Positions 10,201 to 19,662 of a DNA stretch of 64,000 bases are shown here, one piece after another. A program made the translations under genes and the position numbers. The notes under the pieces were generated by a model. It saw only the letters and a list, made by a program, of their open reading frames with translations, was not told the origin of the DNA and ran no database searches. Each line of letters starts with the position of its first letter. The stretch's first letter is position 1. Source of the stretch: a virus; the IMG/VR virus record IMGVR_UViG_3300035670_000065, positions 47,993 to 111,992 of that record; one strand, written 5' to 3'.

Positions 10201-13200
10201 TCCTTATACGCTTCTTTTTCCTTAGTTGTAGCAGCTCGGGTATTATATACTGGGTCGGAATCTGCACTTCCTTGACTGACAAGGTCCTTTACCAGATAAG
10301 AATCTACTTTATCTTTTATTATCCCATCTAGCTTTGATTTGGCTGAGGCTACTTTATCTTGAGCTAATCCTATAGAAGCACTATTGACAACCGGATTTGC
10401 AATAGTGGGGCCAAACTGAGGAGTCTTAGGATTTAGAAATCCCAGTACTCTTTCCCCTCTATTATATTTATCCAGTAACTCTTGGGAATCTAGGAAATTA
10501 ATACCTGCTTGCTCGAAGGATAGTGTTACAGTACGTAGTTGGCCAGCTAATCTTATGAATGTTTCTCCGAGCCCCTCACCTACTTGTTGGAAGGCTTCAA
10601 TCCACGGAGTGGCTTTAGTTATTAAGCTATCAAATGCCTTACTAAATACACCTTGTAGAGCATCTGCAATTTCATCCCCTTTTAGTCCCTGTAAAGAGAC
10701 TCTTAGATCAATAGGTACATCCTCTAAAGATTTCATTATAGGGTCAATAGCTTGGATAGTGTATCCTAGGGTACTGAGCCCTTCAGATATTGAGGTATCC
10801 ATTTCCTTGAATACTAGGGATAACTGTTTAGGGACTTCCCCAGTTACCTTCTTAATATTTTCAGAGATGCTAGTACCACTGTCTGCTCCAAAACCTAAAA
10901 ATCCCGAATCTTGCCAATGTGTGGCTACTGTCTCGTACTCATTAACTATTGCAGTTACATTCTTAATTGCGGAACTGGTACCTTTAATTATTAGACCTTT
11001 ATCTACAATTTCTGTAGAACTAGAAGAGCTTCCAAATATTAAGCTGGCTAATCCACCTCCGCCTCCGCCACTCTTTCCTTCTACAGTTCCGAATGATGAA
11101 GTTTTACTTAGGATATTAGTACTTCTAGCAATTCCTCCTGCCATCTCTGCAATATTAACATCGACGCTTCTTAAGGCGCGTAGCATAGACTGGTTGTAAT
11201 CTAGCATTTCAAAGCTATGTTCTGCTAGAATTTCAATACCTGAACGGATTGAGTCAGACTTGGCTGTAGAGTCACCTAGTACAGATCCTGTGCCTTGTTT
11301 TTCTTGTCTTTCTTCGGCGGTAATTCCGGTTGGGATGGATACTGAAGCACTACTACCACCACCTAGGCTAGACATAATTGCTAACATAGCGGCTACGGCC
11401 GCAAATCCTAGGGGTCCCATAGTACTAAACATGGAGGCTGCTCCGGCGGCTGTTTTTACAGGTATACTAGCAGCATGCGCTGCTGTTACAGCCCCTTCTA
11501 CAGCTACTTCTGCAGTTCCTCCGGCTATTATAGCAGAAATTTTAGATCCTAATAAACTTATCTCTTTAGTAAATTCTACCACCATCATGGCCATTTTAGC
11601 CATATGCATAGTTTTCTCTATACCATCAAGTACTTTGTAAGCTACTGTCTTTTCAGAGAACATCTTCTTGAAAGCGCCAGCACCTGTACCTATTACATCT
11701 AATTGGTTCTTTAGAGAGTCTTTTTGATACTTCTTCTCTATTTTAGCGTCGGCCTCATAGAACTCTTTAGTATCAGCTCCATACTCCTTCAATGCTTTTA
11801 ATTTTTGATCTATAAGATTTTTATCTAGGCCTTCTTGCTTAGAAGTAAAGTCCGTTAAAGCCTTAACGCCTTTAGACAGTCCATCAGCAATTGAATCCCC
11901 TACGTCGCCAAATACTGCAGACAGAGATCTACCGAATTCCTCTGTATCTTTTAGGAGTGCGGAAATTCCTGCCATTTCTTCTTTATACTTGGCTGCTGCA
12001 TCTGCTCCGGCGTTGGTTGCGTCATTAACAGCAATAGTACTATCTCTTACAGCATTTTGTTGTAGTACTAGTGCAACAAGTAGGTCTACCTGTTTCTGTC
12101 TTGAAGCATTTAAGTCATCTATTAGTGCAGTATTTGGTTCTGAACTGTCTTTGGCAGCCTGTATACTAGCATCAATATTGGATATTTTTCCTTGTACCCC
12201 TGTCTGTGCTTCTTTATCTGCTAAGGCTTGTTTTTCTAGTTCTAAGGCTTGTTTTCTTTGTGAGGCTTCTGCTTCAATTCTATTTAAGCTCTTTACATGC
12301 TCAAGTTCTGTTATAGCCCCCAATTCTTTTAGCCTATCTAGCTGGGAGGTTGCATTAGACTCTTGTGCTTGTGTTAGGTTCTCTAAGTTAGTCTTATCTT
12401 TTAGGCTATTCTGATCTTTAATACTGGCTATTTTTGCTTCGTTAGTAAATGCTACTTCTGCGGCAGCACCTGCTTTCTCTATGTATGCAAATCTAGCCTG
12501 TTCAATTTTCTCATCAAATCCCTTATTACTCTGGGCCTTTAAACCTTCCTGCTGAGCTATAAGCTTTTTATTTCCTTTAGAACGACTTATTAGCTCTTCA
12601 AATTTTGCAGCTTCAGCGACCTGTTCAGTAGCTAACTTGCTAATCTCTAGGTCTCGTTGTTGGGCGTCTATAGCTAGTTTAGCCGAAATAGATTTATTAG
12701 CGTAAATACCCTCTTCCTTAATAAGGAAGTCTAGTCTTTTTGCCTCATTATCTAGTTCTTCTTTCTTTAACGCTAAAGATTTTTGGGTCTGCTTTAGGGC
12801 CTCTGCTCGTATTTCTCTCTGATTAGTTAGGGAGGCTTCTTGAGACTTAAGAGCTGCTGCATACTTTTGCTCATCTCGAGCCATTAAAGCCCCTTGCGCT
12901 CCAGATAAGTTGTCGTCACCTTTTAAGCTTTTTCCATCTGCAGTGCCTGCTTGTACTGCTTTAAGCTTACCTTCTGAAACCTTTAGACTATCAATTAGAT
13001 CTACTAGTTTTTTGGCCGTTGGATCTTCTTGACCAGGTTTTAAGGCATCTGGATTATCTTTAAGTTTTAGAGCAAGTTGGTTAACTGCAATTAATCTTTC
13101 ATTTGATAACTTTAGACCCTCTTGGGATAGTAATAATTTAAATCTGCTATCTATAGCCTGCTGCTCAATACCTATTTCTTGCTGTGCAATGGCCCCTCTG

Positions 13201-16094
13201 GCTTTAACAGCCTCAGTTCCTTCAGCACCTGATAGAATAGCTTTAGATAACCCTAAAGAAGCTTTAGCTTTAGCCCTCTCCATGCCTGCTTCCATTTCAA
13301 CTAAGGAGGCTCTTATTCCTTCTAGCAGACTAGCTTTTAGGGATTCTTTTAACTTTTCTTGCTCAGTTTTTAAGTCCTTTATTCTGTTAGTAACTCCAAT
13401 TATTGCAGTACCATATAAACTCATCTGACGGGATTGTTCCTCAGTTATGCCTTCGCCTGCTTGCATAGCGTAGTTAATTTCATCCCGTAGTTTAGCTTCT
13501 TCTTTCTGAAATTTAGCTTTATCTTCGGAGTACTTTTTCTCTAAATTAGCTATCTCCTCAATTGCCGGTCTCATGGCTAAGAGTTTCTGTTGCTCCCCTT
13601 CGGGCAGTAGCTTTAAGGTTCCCGTATCAGAGATAATTTTAGTTAAGGAGGCCATACCCTCTTCAGCGGTTGTTATACCAGTAACCAGTTCTTGGAAACC
13701 TTTAGCAGAAGTTTGAGCAATTTTAGCTACAGGATCTGACACGGCTAGAGAATTAACATACGTGTCATATTCTTTAGTGGCTGCGGTTAGACTCTCGAAA
13801 CCTGATTTGATTTTAGAAATAGGGTTATTAATGTCATTACTAGCTTCTTGCCAAGCTTTGCCAATTTGTTTAGCAGCTTCCGGAGCTTTGTCCATTAAGT
13901 CATTTAAAGCAGCTTCTAGCAGCTTAGGGTCACCCAGCAACAATTTAGGGTCAAGGCCGGCTTTTGTTAGCTTGCTATTTAACCTATCTTTAACATCGGA
14001 ACTATCAATTAACTTAATACCTTCAGTTAAAGATTTTGATAAACTTTTCGCAATATCATTTTTAGCACTACCTCCAAATAGTCCCTTAACCCAGTCTTTA
14101 GCCTTATCCCACCCAGAAGCTTCGTCTAAGGTCTTAGCAAAAGATTTACCTGTTTTATTAATAGAGTCACTTAACTCATTAAAGGCCTGAGCTTTAGCAG
14201 ATATGGATTCTACTCCTATACGCTCTAAGGGGTCTTTTTCAGCTATAAAAGATAGGGTTCTCTGGGCTCCTTCTGCTGCGGAATCCAGGGTTTTTAAGTC
14301 CTCTGAAAATTCTTCGGCAGCTTTTCCATTTTTAGAGAAAAGTTTATCAAGCCCTGCAAGTGCTATGGCTCCTATAGCTATCACCATAAATATCTGGTTA
14401 ATAGCGGCACTTAGTAGCTCTACCCCTACCATAGCCAATCTTGCCGCGGCACCTAGTCTAATATACGCCGCCCCTAGCATTCCTATTCTGGCTCCACCTT
14501 CTCCTACGGCGGCATTGTGTCTAGCAATGTCTGCTCCTATCTCTTTCCAGGCATATTTGATGCCACCAGTTTCCGCATTTTCTACTACGGAGTTACTAAT
14601 ACGGCGAGATCCTGCACGTCTAGTTAGTCTATCAGCATTTCTCTGTCTTAAATCTAGTTCACGGTCTGGAGCATCACTTCTACCTTCTGCAGCTTCTGCA
14701 GCTTGTTGAGCCGCAGTTACGGCCCTTATTTCCCCCTGTAAAGCAATGTACGCTAATCTCTTGTCATTTAGGGACTTAAGGGCTGCCTCATTCGCCAGTT
14801 TTTCGGCTCCGCTACTTTGTTGTACTTTAGCAGACATATTTGTAATAGCAGTATCTATGGCAGATAGTTTTTTACCTGTCTCTGCCGCAGCTAGTCCAAG
14901 ATCTTTGGCCCCTCCTGCTATTGCATAAAATGTGGCGCTTTTCTTACCAAATAATTTGTTCTCTTCCATTAGCTGTACGGCTTTAACTCTCGAAGCTTCT
15001 GCAACTTTGTCGTATTCCGCAGCTTCAACACCATACTTATTAGATTTAAACTCAGCTAAACTAGTATTAATGCGCTTTGCTCTGGCTTCTGCCTCGTCTG
15101 CTGCGGCTGCTAATCCCCCTCTCCATTGAGAGAGGGCAGGGATGGCCTTACTTAGAAGCATTCCAGCTATTCCAGCCATTGCAGCCCCTAAAGCTACTGG
15201 AGATTCACCCAGTATTTTAGCAATGGGTCCTAAAACTTTATTTATTAACTGTCCACCAGCTATTGCTAAGTTGGTAAATGTTGCCAGCAATTTCTGATAC
15301 GGGTTAGCGTCTATATTAATAGATCCAAACTTCTTCTCACCCTGTTCAAGTACTGCAATAGCAAAAGACTGGCGTTTTTCAAATTCTGTTAACTGTGTAG
15401 CTGTCTTTCCTAGGGTTATAGCATAGTCTCTGGCTGCGCGGTCTACCTTAACCATAATGCCTAGTTCGTCTAGTAATTCTGGCTCAATTTTAGTAATACC
15501 ACGGGATAGGCGACTAAGAGCATCTCCCATATCACGACCTAGTGCCTGTGATGCAGTTTTTGCAATCTTAGTCATACGTTCCATCTGTTGACTTGTAAGA
15601 CCTGCTGCGTTGCCCTGAGCTACCGCAGCCATACTTTCCTTCATATTTACTGCGCCATCACTGATCTCAGACATGCGTTTAGCAAGAGTACCAAGATTCT
15701 TTCCACTAGCTGCGCCTAGCTGATTTAAGCCCTCTACCATGTTTGTAACGTCTGCGGCTTTGCTAAGAGCATTGAACGCGGCACTAACGGCGAAGATATT
15801 GGCGGCGAATGTAGCATAGACGTGCACAAGCCCGCCTAAGCCTTGGGCTTGGCGTGCGAAGTCTCGGGATCCTCCACGTTCCATACTACCAGCAGTTCCA
15901 CGTCCTAAGCCTTCGGCTGTAGGACCATCTTGGGGCCTGGCTGCGCGTGCAGCGCTGGTTTGCGAAGCTGGTCGAATATTATTAGCAATATTCTGCGCTC
16001 TACTTAGTTCTCTGTTTAACCCCTGGGCATCTCTTGTAGCTTGTGAGATGTCAGTATTAAGGTTAAGACGCATATTAATAGTATTACTCGTCAT
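7287..16094 (-). CDS. Tape measure protein (T5 pb2-like)
   Basis: 2935 aa, helical and Ala/Lys-rich; N-terminus RDFARQAQGLGGLVHVYATFAANIFA...ELLDELGI is T5 pb2-like; C-terminal YARGG...LVGEEGPELV. Confidence 0.93.
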   Translation of the reverse strand: MTSNTINMRLNLNTDISQATRDAQGLNRELSRAQNIANNIRPASQTSAARAARPQDGPTAEGLGRGTAGSMERGGSRDFARQAQGLGGLVHVYATFAANIFAVSAAFNALSKAADVTNMVEGLNQLGAASGKNLGTLAKRMSEISDGAVNMKESMAAVAQGNAAGLTSQQMERMTKIAKTASQALGRDMGDALSRLSRGITKIEPELLDELGIMVKVDRAARDYAITLGKTATQLTEFEKRQSFAIAVLEQGEKKFGSINIDANPYQKLLATFTNLAIAGGQLINKVLGPIAKILGESPVALGAAMAGIAGMLLSKAIPALSQWRGGLAAAADEAEARAKRINTSLAEFKSNKYGVEAAEYDKVAEASRVKAVQLMEENKLFGKKSATFYAIAGGAKDLGLAAAETGKKLSAIDTAITNMSAKVQQSSGAEKLANEAALKSLNDKRLAYIALQGEIRAVTAAQQAAEAAEGRSDAPDRELDLRQRNADRLTRRAGSRRISNSVVENAETGGIKYAWKEIGADIARHNAAVGEGGARIGMLGAAYIRLGAAARLAMVGVELLSAAINQIFMVIAIGAIALAGLDKLFSKNGKAAEEFSEDLKTLDSAAEGAQRTLSFIAEKDPLERIGVESISAKAQAFNELSDSINKTGKSFAKTLDEASGWDKAKDWVKGLFGGSAKNDIAKSLSKSLTEGIKLIDSSDVKDRLNSKLTKAGLDPKLLLGDPKLLEAALNDLMDKAPEAAKQIGKAWQEASNDINNPISKIKSGFESLTAATKEYDTYVNSLAVSDPVAKIAQTSAKGFQELVTGITTAEEGMASLTKIISDTGTLKLLPEGEQQKLLAMRPAIEEIANLEKKYSEDKAKFQKEEAKLRDEINYAMQAGEGITEEQSRQMSLYGTAIIGVTNRIKDLKTEQEKLKESLKASLLEGIRASLVEMEAGMERAKAKASLGLSKAILSGAEGTEAVKARGAIAQQEIGIEQQAIDSRFKLLLSQEGLKLSNERLIAVNQLALKLKDNPDALKPGQEDPTAKKLVDLIDSLKVSEGKLKAVQAGTADGKSLKGDDNLSGAQGALMARDEQKYAAALKSQEASLTNQREIRAEALKQTQKSLALKKEELDNEAKRLDFLIKEEGIYANKSISAKLAIDAQQRDLEISKLATEQVAEAAKFEELISRSKGNKKLIAQQEGLKAQSNKGFDEKIEQARFAYIEKAGAAAEVAFTNEAKIASIKDQNSLKDKTNLENLTQAQESNATSQLDRLKELGAITELEHVKSLNRIEAEASQRKQALELEKQALADKEAQTGVQGKISNIDASIQAAKDSSEPNTALIDDLNASRQKQVDLLVALVLQQNAVRDSTIAVNDATNAGADAAAKYKEEMAGISALLKDTEEFGRSLSAVFGDVGDSIADGLSKGVKALTDFTSKQEGLDKNLIDQKLKALKEYGADTKEFYEADAKIEKKYQKDSLKNQLDVIGTGAGAFKKMFSEKTVAYKVLDGIEKTMHMAKMAMMVVEFTKEISLLGSKISAIIAGGTAEVAVEGAVTAAHAASIPVKTAAGAASMFSTMGPLGFAAVAAMLAIMSSLGGGSSASVSIPTGITAEERQEKQGTGSVLGDSTAKSDSIRSGIEILAEHSFEMLDYNQSMLRALRSVDVNIAEMAGGIARSTNILSKTSSFGTVEGKSGGGGGGLASLIFGSSSSSTEIVDKGLIIKGTSSAIKNVTAIVNEYETVATHWQDSGFLGFGADSGTSISENIKKVTGEVPKQLSLVFKEMDTSISEGLSTLGYTIQAIDPIMKSLEDVPIDLRVSLQGLKGDEIADALQGVFSKAFDSLITKATPWIEAFQQVGEGLGETFIRLAGQLRTVTLSFEQAGINFLDSQELLDKYNRGERVLGFLNPKTPQFGPTIANPVVNSASIGLAQDKVASAKSKLDGIIKDKVDSYLVKDLVSQGSADSDPVYNTRAATTKEKEAYKEVLANNMLTSSSKEVQSAAKELADAEKELADATRTGANDAEAFVYQVIKLQDSLVKGAGGLESFTEKMEFYTDNFLTETEKLDPVRFRLFNTFQDTRAASGKDNALGDAIPGLGKQLKDFGLQVPKTKAEFKSAFTTVSESLSTTGQAGIDLLNSLLDVMPAFEAVASAEEARAQLLFDTNVAIQEVSGGMLDQFQAQEALTTSTRANILATEDLSSANIAAYESLWKLEDGAKKAELFGISISGMQDNIMDSFKDGKNVGKELGTYLADSLSIGLANTFASQVGSIIMNTVVTPLMKNVVIGEGVVKLASNISVAGMITTAQEQITKLSTVFKTLLSSPEWKNLIASLSSGFNIDMPDFGVRDIQLRKDAEKDSKKDAEDSAKKLADILKQLAEDTKKAERELARLGLSTWERQQAEVNDKVEDYTAKLLEVGATLEQVTSSTSTYAAAQLALYKAQNKRAADNKVTEITDRIFEITSTAAQKALVDIDKQTAAFTKFFEDIGQLTSETEKLIGTFRKALVAQQQLALNNQKLTLEQRIYNLTGRESQANAISREQELSGTSEQFKPILEYIYALEDAKEIQEKLNDTYTESVKVLRDNVKALRDYKKSLLLSDSSTLTPTQKYGEAKSQYEATVIAALTRGSTEAEKTAQQAAIDKLPEVSDKFLEASRGLFASSAQYTQDFNSVLQMLDSTAISLSAQADVEQLQLDALGIIATNTQTTAQLTAQLGIAMDAVKNTLGAAIAAGSGAAGGSYTQPNIYNDLVSGLYKDTLGRKGESTGMDYWMGQLSSGALDTTTITKAFNNEAYKEIVNDLYYKGLGRAPEQAGYDYWLTQLQTGAVGLSNIKGVFAHSASQNGEVFRQYARGGLASGMSLVGEEGPELVDFATPARVYPAGQTMGMLSTNNTELLQELKYLREEVKRMREEQIKHTGSLITSTYDSSNRMAEAVAEAVDTAVSEVVWADRSKVRMV

Positions 16095-16208
16095 GTGTTA
16101 CCTCGCACGAATTTTTGCATATAATTTCAATTGTCCTATTATACCACTACACATACCCTATGTCAAGGATAAAATTTTTTGAGCATTAGCAATAAAAAAG
16201 GCCACCAA

Positions 16209-16517
16209 TTACTTGGTAGCCTTTTGTTTGTGCTTTGCATTTAGTATTTCACTTCGCTGTCTATCAAGAAGATTTAGTATGAAGTATATAGTTTTTGGAT
16301 CCTCTATACCTACGATATTAAATACATCCGATACACCTGCCATGACTTTACCCATGTAGACACCGTTCATATCATCCCAATTATCTTGGAGCATGTTATA
16401 AACAGTCATTGCCTCCTGGACCTCGTCTGGTAAATCAGCGTATTCAAGCGGAATTTCCTCATCTATAGGGTCAGTACCCATCATTTCACACATTTCAAAG
16501 TACTGATCTTTGGTCAT
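16209..16517 (-). CDS. Tail assembly chaperone, C-terminal (-1 frameshift) part
   Basis: Lies between the upstream chaperone and the tape measure; its frame stays open upstream to the slippery site at 16583-16589. Confidence 0.75.
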   Translation of the reverse strand: MTKDQYFEMCEMMGTDPIDEEIPLEYADLPDEVQEAMTVYNMLQDNWDDMNGVYMGKVMAGVSDVFNIVGIEDPKTIYFILNLLDRQRSEILNAKHKQKATK

Positions 16518-16546
16518 TCCTGCCTGACTATTCTGATAGAAGGACT

Positions 16547-16978
16547 TTATTTGGTCGTTGACTTTGTCCCACTGGGCAGCTGAAAATTTGATAGTTCGGT
16601 CACCGTTTCGCTAACGAAAGAGTCAAAGTTAGAACTAGCCTTCATTAGATACAATGCGTTTTCACGAGAGTATCCTAGGAAATCATCTGGCTTTTGTCCA
16701 GATACATCCACAGGGGCTAACTGTTCTAAGTAAGAAAACTTTAGGCCTTCCCAGCCGCGGATACAACTATCAACATATAGTTGTAGGAATAGATCATCAT
16801 TCAGCGACTCTACTGGTTGACGATTTTTATACTCCAGTTTTGTGGCCTTTTTTCTAATTTTCATTAGTTCTTCACGAGAAAGGAAGGATAGTTTTAGTTT
16901 GAAATCCTGCATTCCAGGATATTCTACTTCCACTTCTTTAGTAGGAACTAGGAGGCTCTTAAGACTGATTTCTGACAT
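16547..16978 (-). CDS. Tail assembly chaperone
   Basis: 143 aa downstream of the major tail gene; T5-like synteny. Confidence 0.8.
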   Translation of the reverse strand: MSEISLKSLLVPTKEVEVEYPGMQDFKLKLSFLSREELMKIRKKATKLEYKNRQPVESLNDDLFLQLYVDSCIRGWEGLKFSYLEQLAPVDVSGQKPDDFLGYSRENALYLMKASSNFDSFVSETVTELSNFQLPSGTKSTTK

Positions 16979-17047
16979 TTAGTGTTACCTTATTATAGTT
17001 ATAGAAAAAAGAGGGTGGGCAAGCTTAAAACCCACCCCCGTAAAACA

Positions 17048-18508
17048 TTAAGCTGAGTAGTAACGAGCCGTTAAGTCGTTAGTGTTCTCAATATCGAACG
17101 TACCAGTAGTATTAGCAGTATCTGTACCTTGTGCGTTGAAGGTGATCGTTGTAGCAACAACGTCAGCAATATCAACAGAAGGAATACCGATCATAGCACC
17201 AGGCATATCTAGCTCAACACGAGTAGGAGCTGTAGATCCACCAATTTGGAAACCTAAAGCATACTTAGTGTCAGTTGCAGTTGCGGAAGCAGTTAGAAGA
17301 TCCTTTAGAAGAGTAGCTGTTTGAGGTTTATTCTCAAAAGTACCTGTTCTTAAGTATGCATTCATACTACCAGAGATAGAACGTGCACCTGTGTAGTATC
17401 CGATAGGAACGTTTAGGGTTCCGATATTGTTAGGTGTAATATAGTTAATGTTGTTAGCAATAGTAATATTACCACCAGTTAGAACGACAGAGTAGGCTGT
17501 ACCATCAGTACCGCTATTTTTACTTACTAGAGTTACGGTTGATAACTTGTTTGTAATATAGTTAGCTGTAGTAATCTTACCTGTAGCTGTTCCTGTTAGA
17601 CCACCAGAGAATACTGGATCTTGATCTGTACTTAGGGCAGCATTAGTAGCTAGCTGATTCAGTTTAGTACCTTTAGCTGTCCAATTGATCATTGCGATAG
17701 CATCTAGACCGAAATCAATCTGAGCCTGATCTAGTGCGCAGTTATCAATAGTATAAGTTGAGCCATCTACTACGAAGATAAACCCTAGGGTTTGTAGTTG
17801 ATTACGTCCTGATACTGCTGAAGTAACTTGACCGTACGACGTTGTGATACCAGTAGCGGTTGGGTACTCTACCCATGCTGCCTCAGTAAATTTAACTGAC
17901 GCGCTGGCGGTCACACCTGTGAATCCTGTACCTAGACCAACTGCTGGAGCTGTTAGATACTCGAAAACAATTGCGCTAGCGGTATTACTAACAATCTTAG
18001 CAGGAGCGTTAGCTTCTTTAGGAGCTGCAGTACCTGTTAGACCACTAATATTGTAGATCTTGCCTACAGTTAGTGTAGTGGCCATCGAAGTACCGGTTAA
18101 GGTAGCTGTAGGGGTGGCTGTAGTTGTGCGTGAAAGCGCGTGGCCTGTTCCGCCAACTGTAACACCTGTATCACCGATCGCTACAGAACCTAGTAGGGCG
18201 TTCCATAGAACACGCTCTTCGGCGGTAGCTTGGTTAGTTGCTAAACGTGGACGAATGTATGTTGAGAAAGTAATATCCACAGGGTTAAGAGCAGTATTGA
18301 ACGCACGCTGTCCACGGATAGGCGTTGTACCTGCTTCATTGATCTGGATATTAGTTGTATTCGTTGCCTGTGAGAACTTAAAACCATCAAGAACCTGAAC
18401 TTCAAAGGTATTTGCAGTTGTAAGACCAGTAGTAATTACTGCACCTGTGGCAGTATTAACGTTCGTAGTAACGAATACTCTAGAATTTCTTGCTAAATTA
18501 TAGGCCAT
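17048..18508 (-). CDS. Major tail tube protein (T5 pb6-like)
   Basis: NLARNSRVFV...FEVQVLDGFKFSQ...FNTALNPVDITFSTYIRP and YITNKLS motifs. Confidence 0.9.
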   Translation of the reverse strand: MAYNLARNSRVFVTTNVNTATGAVITTGLTTANTFEVQVLDGFKFSQATNTTNIQINEAGTTPIRGQRAFNTALNPVDITFSTYIRPRLATNQATAEERVLWNALLGSVAIGDTGVTVGGTGHALSRTTTATPTATLTGTSMATTLTVGKIYNISGLTGTAAPKEANAPAKIVSNTASAIVFEYLTAPAVGLGTGFTGVTASASVKFTEAAWVEYPTATGITTSYGQVTSAVSGRNQLQTLGFIFVVDGSTYTIDNCALDQAQIDFGLDAIAMINWTAKGTKLNQLATNAALSTDQDPVFSGGLTGTATGKITTANYITNKLSTVTLVSKNSGTDGTAYSVVLTGGNITIANNINYITPNNIGTLNVPIGYYTGARSISGSMNAYLRTGTFENKPQTATLLKDLLTASATATDTKYALGFQIGGSTAPTRVELDMPGAMIGIPSVDIADVVATTITFNAQGTDTANTTGTFDIENTNDLTARYYSA

Positions 18509-18573
18509 ATTTATTCCTCGATATGGTTATTGTACCTACTAACACTATAACTAGACATTTATCTGTTGTTGTG

Positions 18574-19017
18574 CTAGGACAGTACGGGGTACTGGACAGT
18601 AATGTTAACTTCACCCACTCCGTATGGCTCTAACAGTCCTTCATCTGTTACGATTGAATTGATTAGTATTTCAGTCGTTTGAGCTCCGGCGGTTTCAGTA
18701 TCATACACTAAAGTCCGGTTTGCGTCGATTACCTTCTCTACATCTTCTAGAAGGTTCTCTAGTTCGATTGCAGGGTCTTCACCCTTAACATAAAGCTTAA
18801 GAGATATTCCTAGAAAGCCCCATTTGAAGCCTCCAGGGTGATAGTCTCTGGATTCTGATCCGGTTGACATATAAACGGCGGGGAAATCCATAACTTCGTC
18901 CCAAAATTTCAATTTAGGGTATGCATTACCATATATATTAGTAGTATATGGTGCCTCACCGTTTATTAACTTTAACTTCTCTGCTAGAGCCTTGGCAATA
19001 GATGTTCTTACGCTCAT
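18574..19017 (-). CDS. Tail terminator protein
   Basis: RTSIAKALAEKL...KFWDEV.DFP...TDEGLLEPYGVGE, T5-like; synteny. Confidence 0.85.
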   Translation of the reverse strand: MSVRTSIAKALAEKLKLINGEAPYTTNIYGNAYPKLKFWDEVMDFPAVYMSTGSESRDYHPGGFKWGFLGISLKLYVKGEDPAIELENLLEDVEKVIDANRTLVYDTETAGAQTTEILINSIVTDEGLLEPYGVGEVNITVQYPVLS

Positions 19018-19020
19018 AGT

Positions 19021-19662
19021 CTAAGTTACCTCGAAATAATTACTTTTTCGTAAATTTTCCTCGGGCGTAAGGTATTGCAAATTGAAAATATTATGCAAGC
19101 CACTAACTAGAGGGTGGTTTATAGGTACTATATGATCTATATGTACCCCTTTTGGTCTGTTATTATAGAAGTCTGCTAAACCTTCCTGACCAAATAGCGT
19201 AGTCTGAGATTGTACTTTAACTCTCCTACGCTGCTTTTTATTATAATAGTAAGCCTTGTTTTTAGAATAGTGTGCTTTACAATACTCTCTATGATATTGA
19301 ACATCCCTTGTTTCTTTAGAGCATTCTTTGCAAGTATACCTAATTCCTTTAGTATTCACGTTAGTTTTACTAAAGTTTTCTAGTTCTTTTATCTGATTGC
19401 AAATAGTGCAACACGCTTTACCTACCTGCTCAAGTAACGCTAGTCTTAACGTTCTATTACCAATACAGTTTAACTGGGGATAGCAAGGTAAGTATTCTTT
19501 TAACCTATTCCGGACAACTATTCTACCGATTTCATAGAATTCTGCAATATTATTAATAGTTTCCAAAGTTAATACTGCATCACAGAACTCAGATATAGGA
19601 ATGGATAGGTTATTACGTTTATTTAAAATGAAAGTTTTGGTGTTAAATAATTGCTCTATCAT
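19021..19662 (-). CDS. HNH homing endonuclease
   Basis: CxxC pairs plus HIDHIVPINHPLVSGLHNIFNLQYLTPEENLRKSN. Confidence 0.85.
   Translation of the reverse strand: MIEQLFNTKTFILNKRNNLSIPISEFCDAVLTLETINNIAEFYEIGRIVVRNRLKEYLPCYPQLNCIGNRTLRLALLEQVGKACCTICNQIKELENFSKTNVNTKGIRYTCKECSKETRDVQYHREYCKAHYSKNKAYYYNKKQRRRVKVQSQTTLFGQEGLADFYNNRPKGVHIDHIVPINHPLVSGLHNIFNLQYLTPEENLRKSNYFEVT

Noticed and set aside
8059-15129. Many + strand ORFs of 60-214 aa
   Set aside because: Antisense shadows of the tape measure gene.
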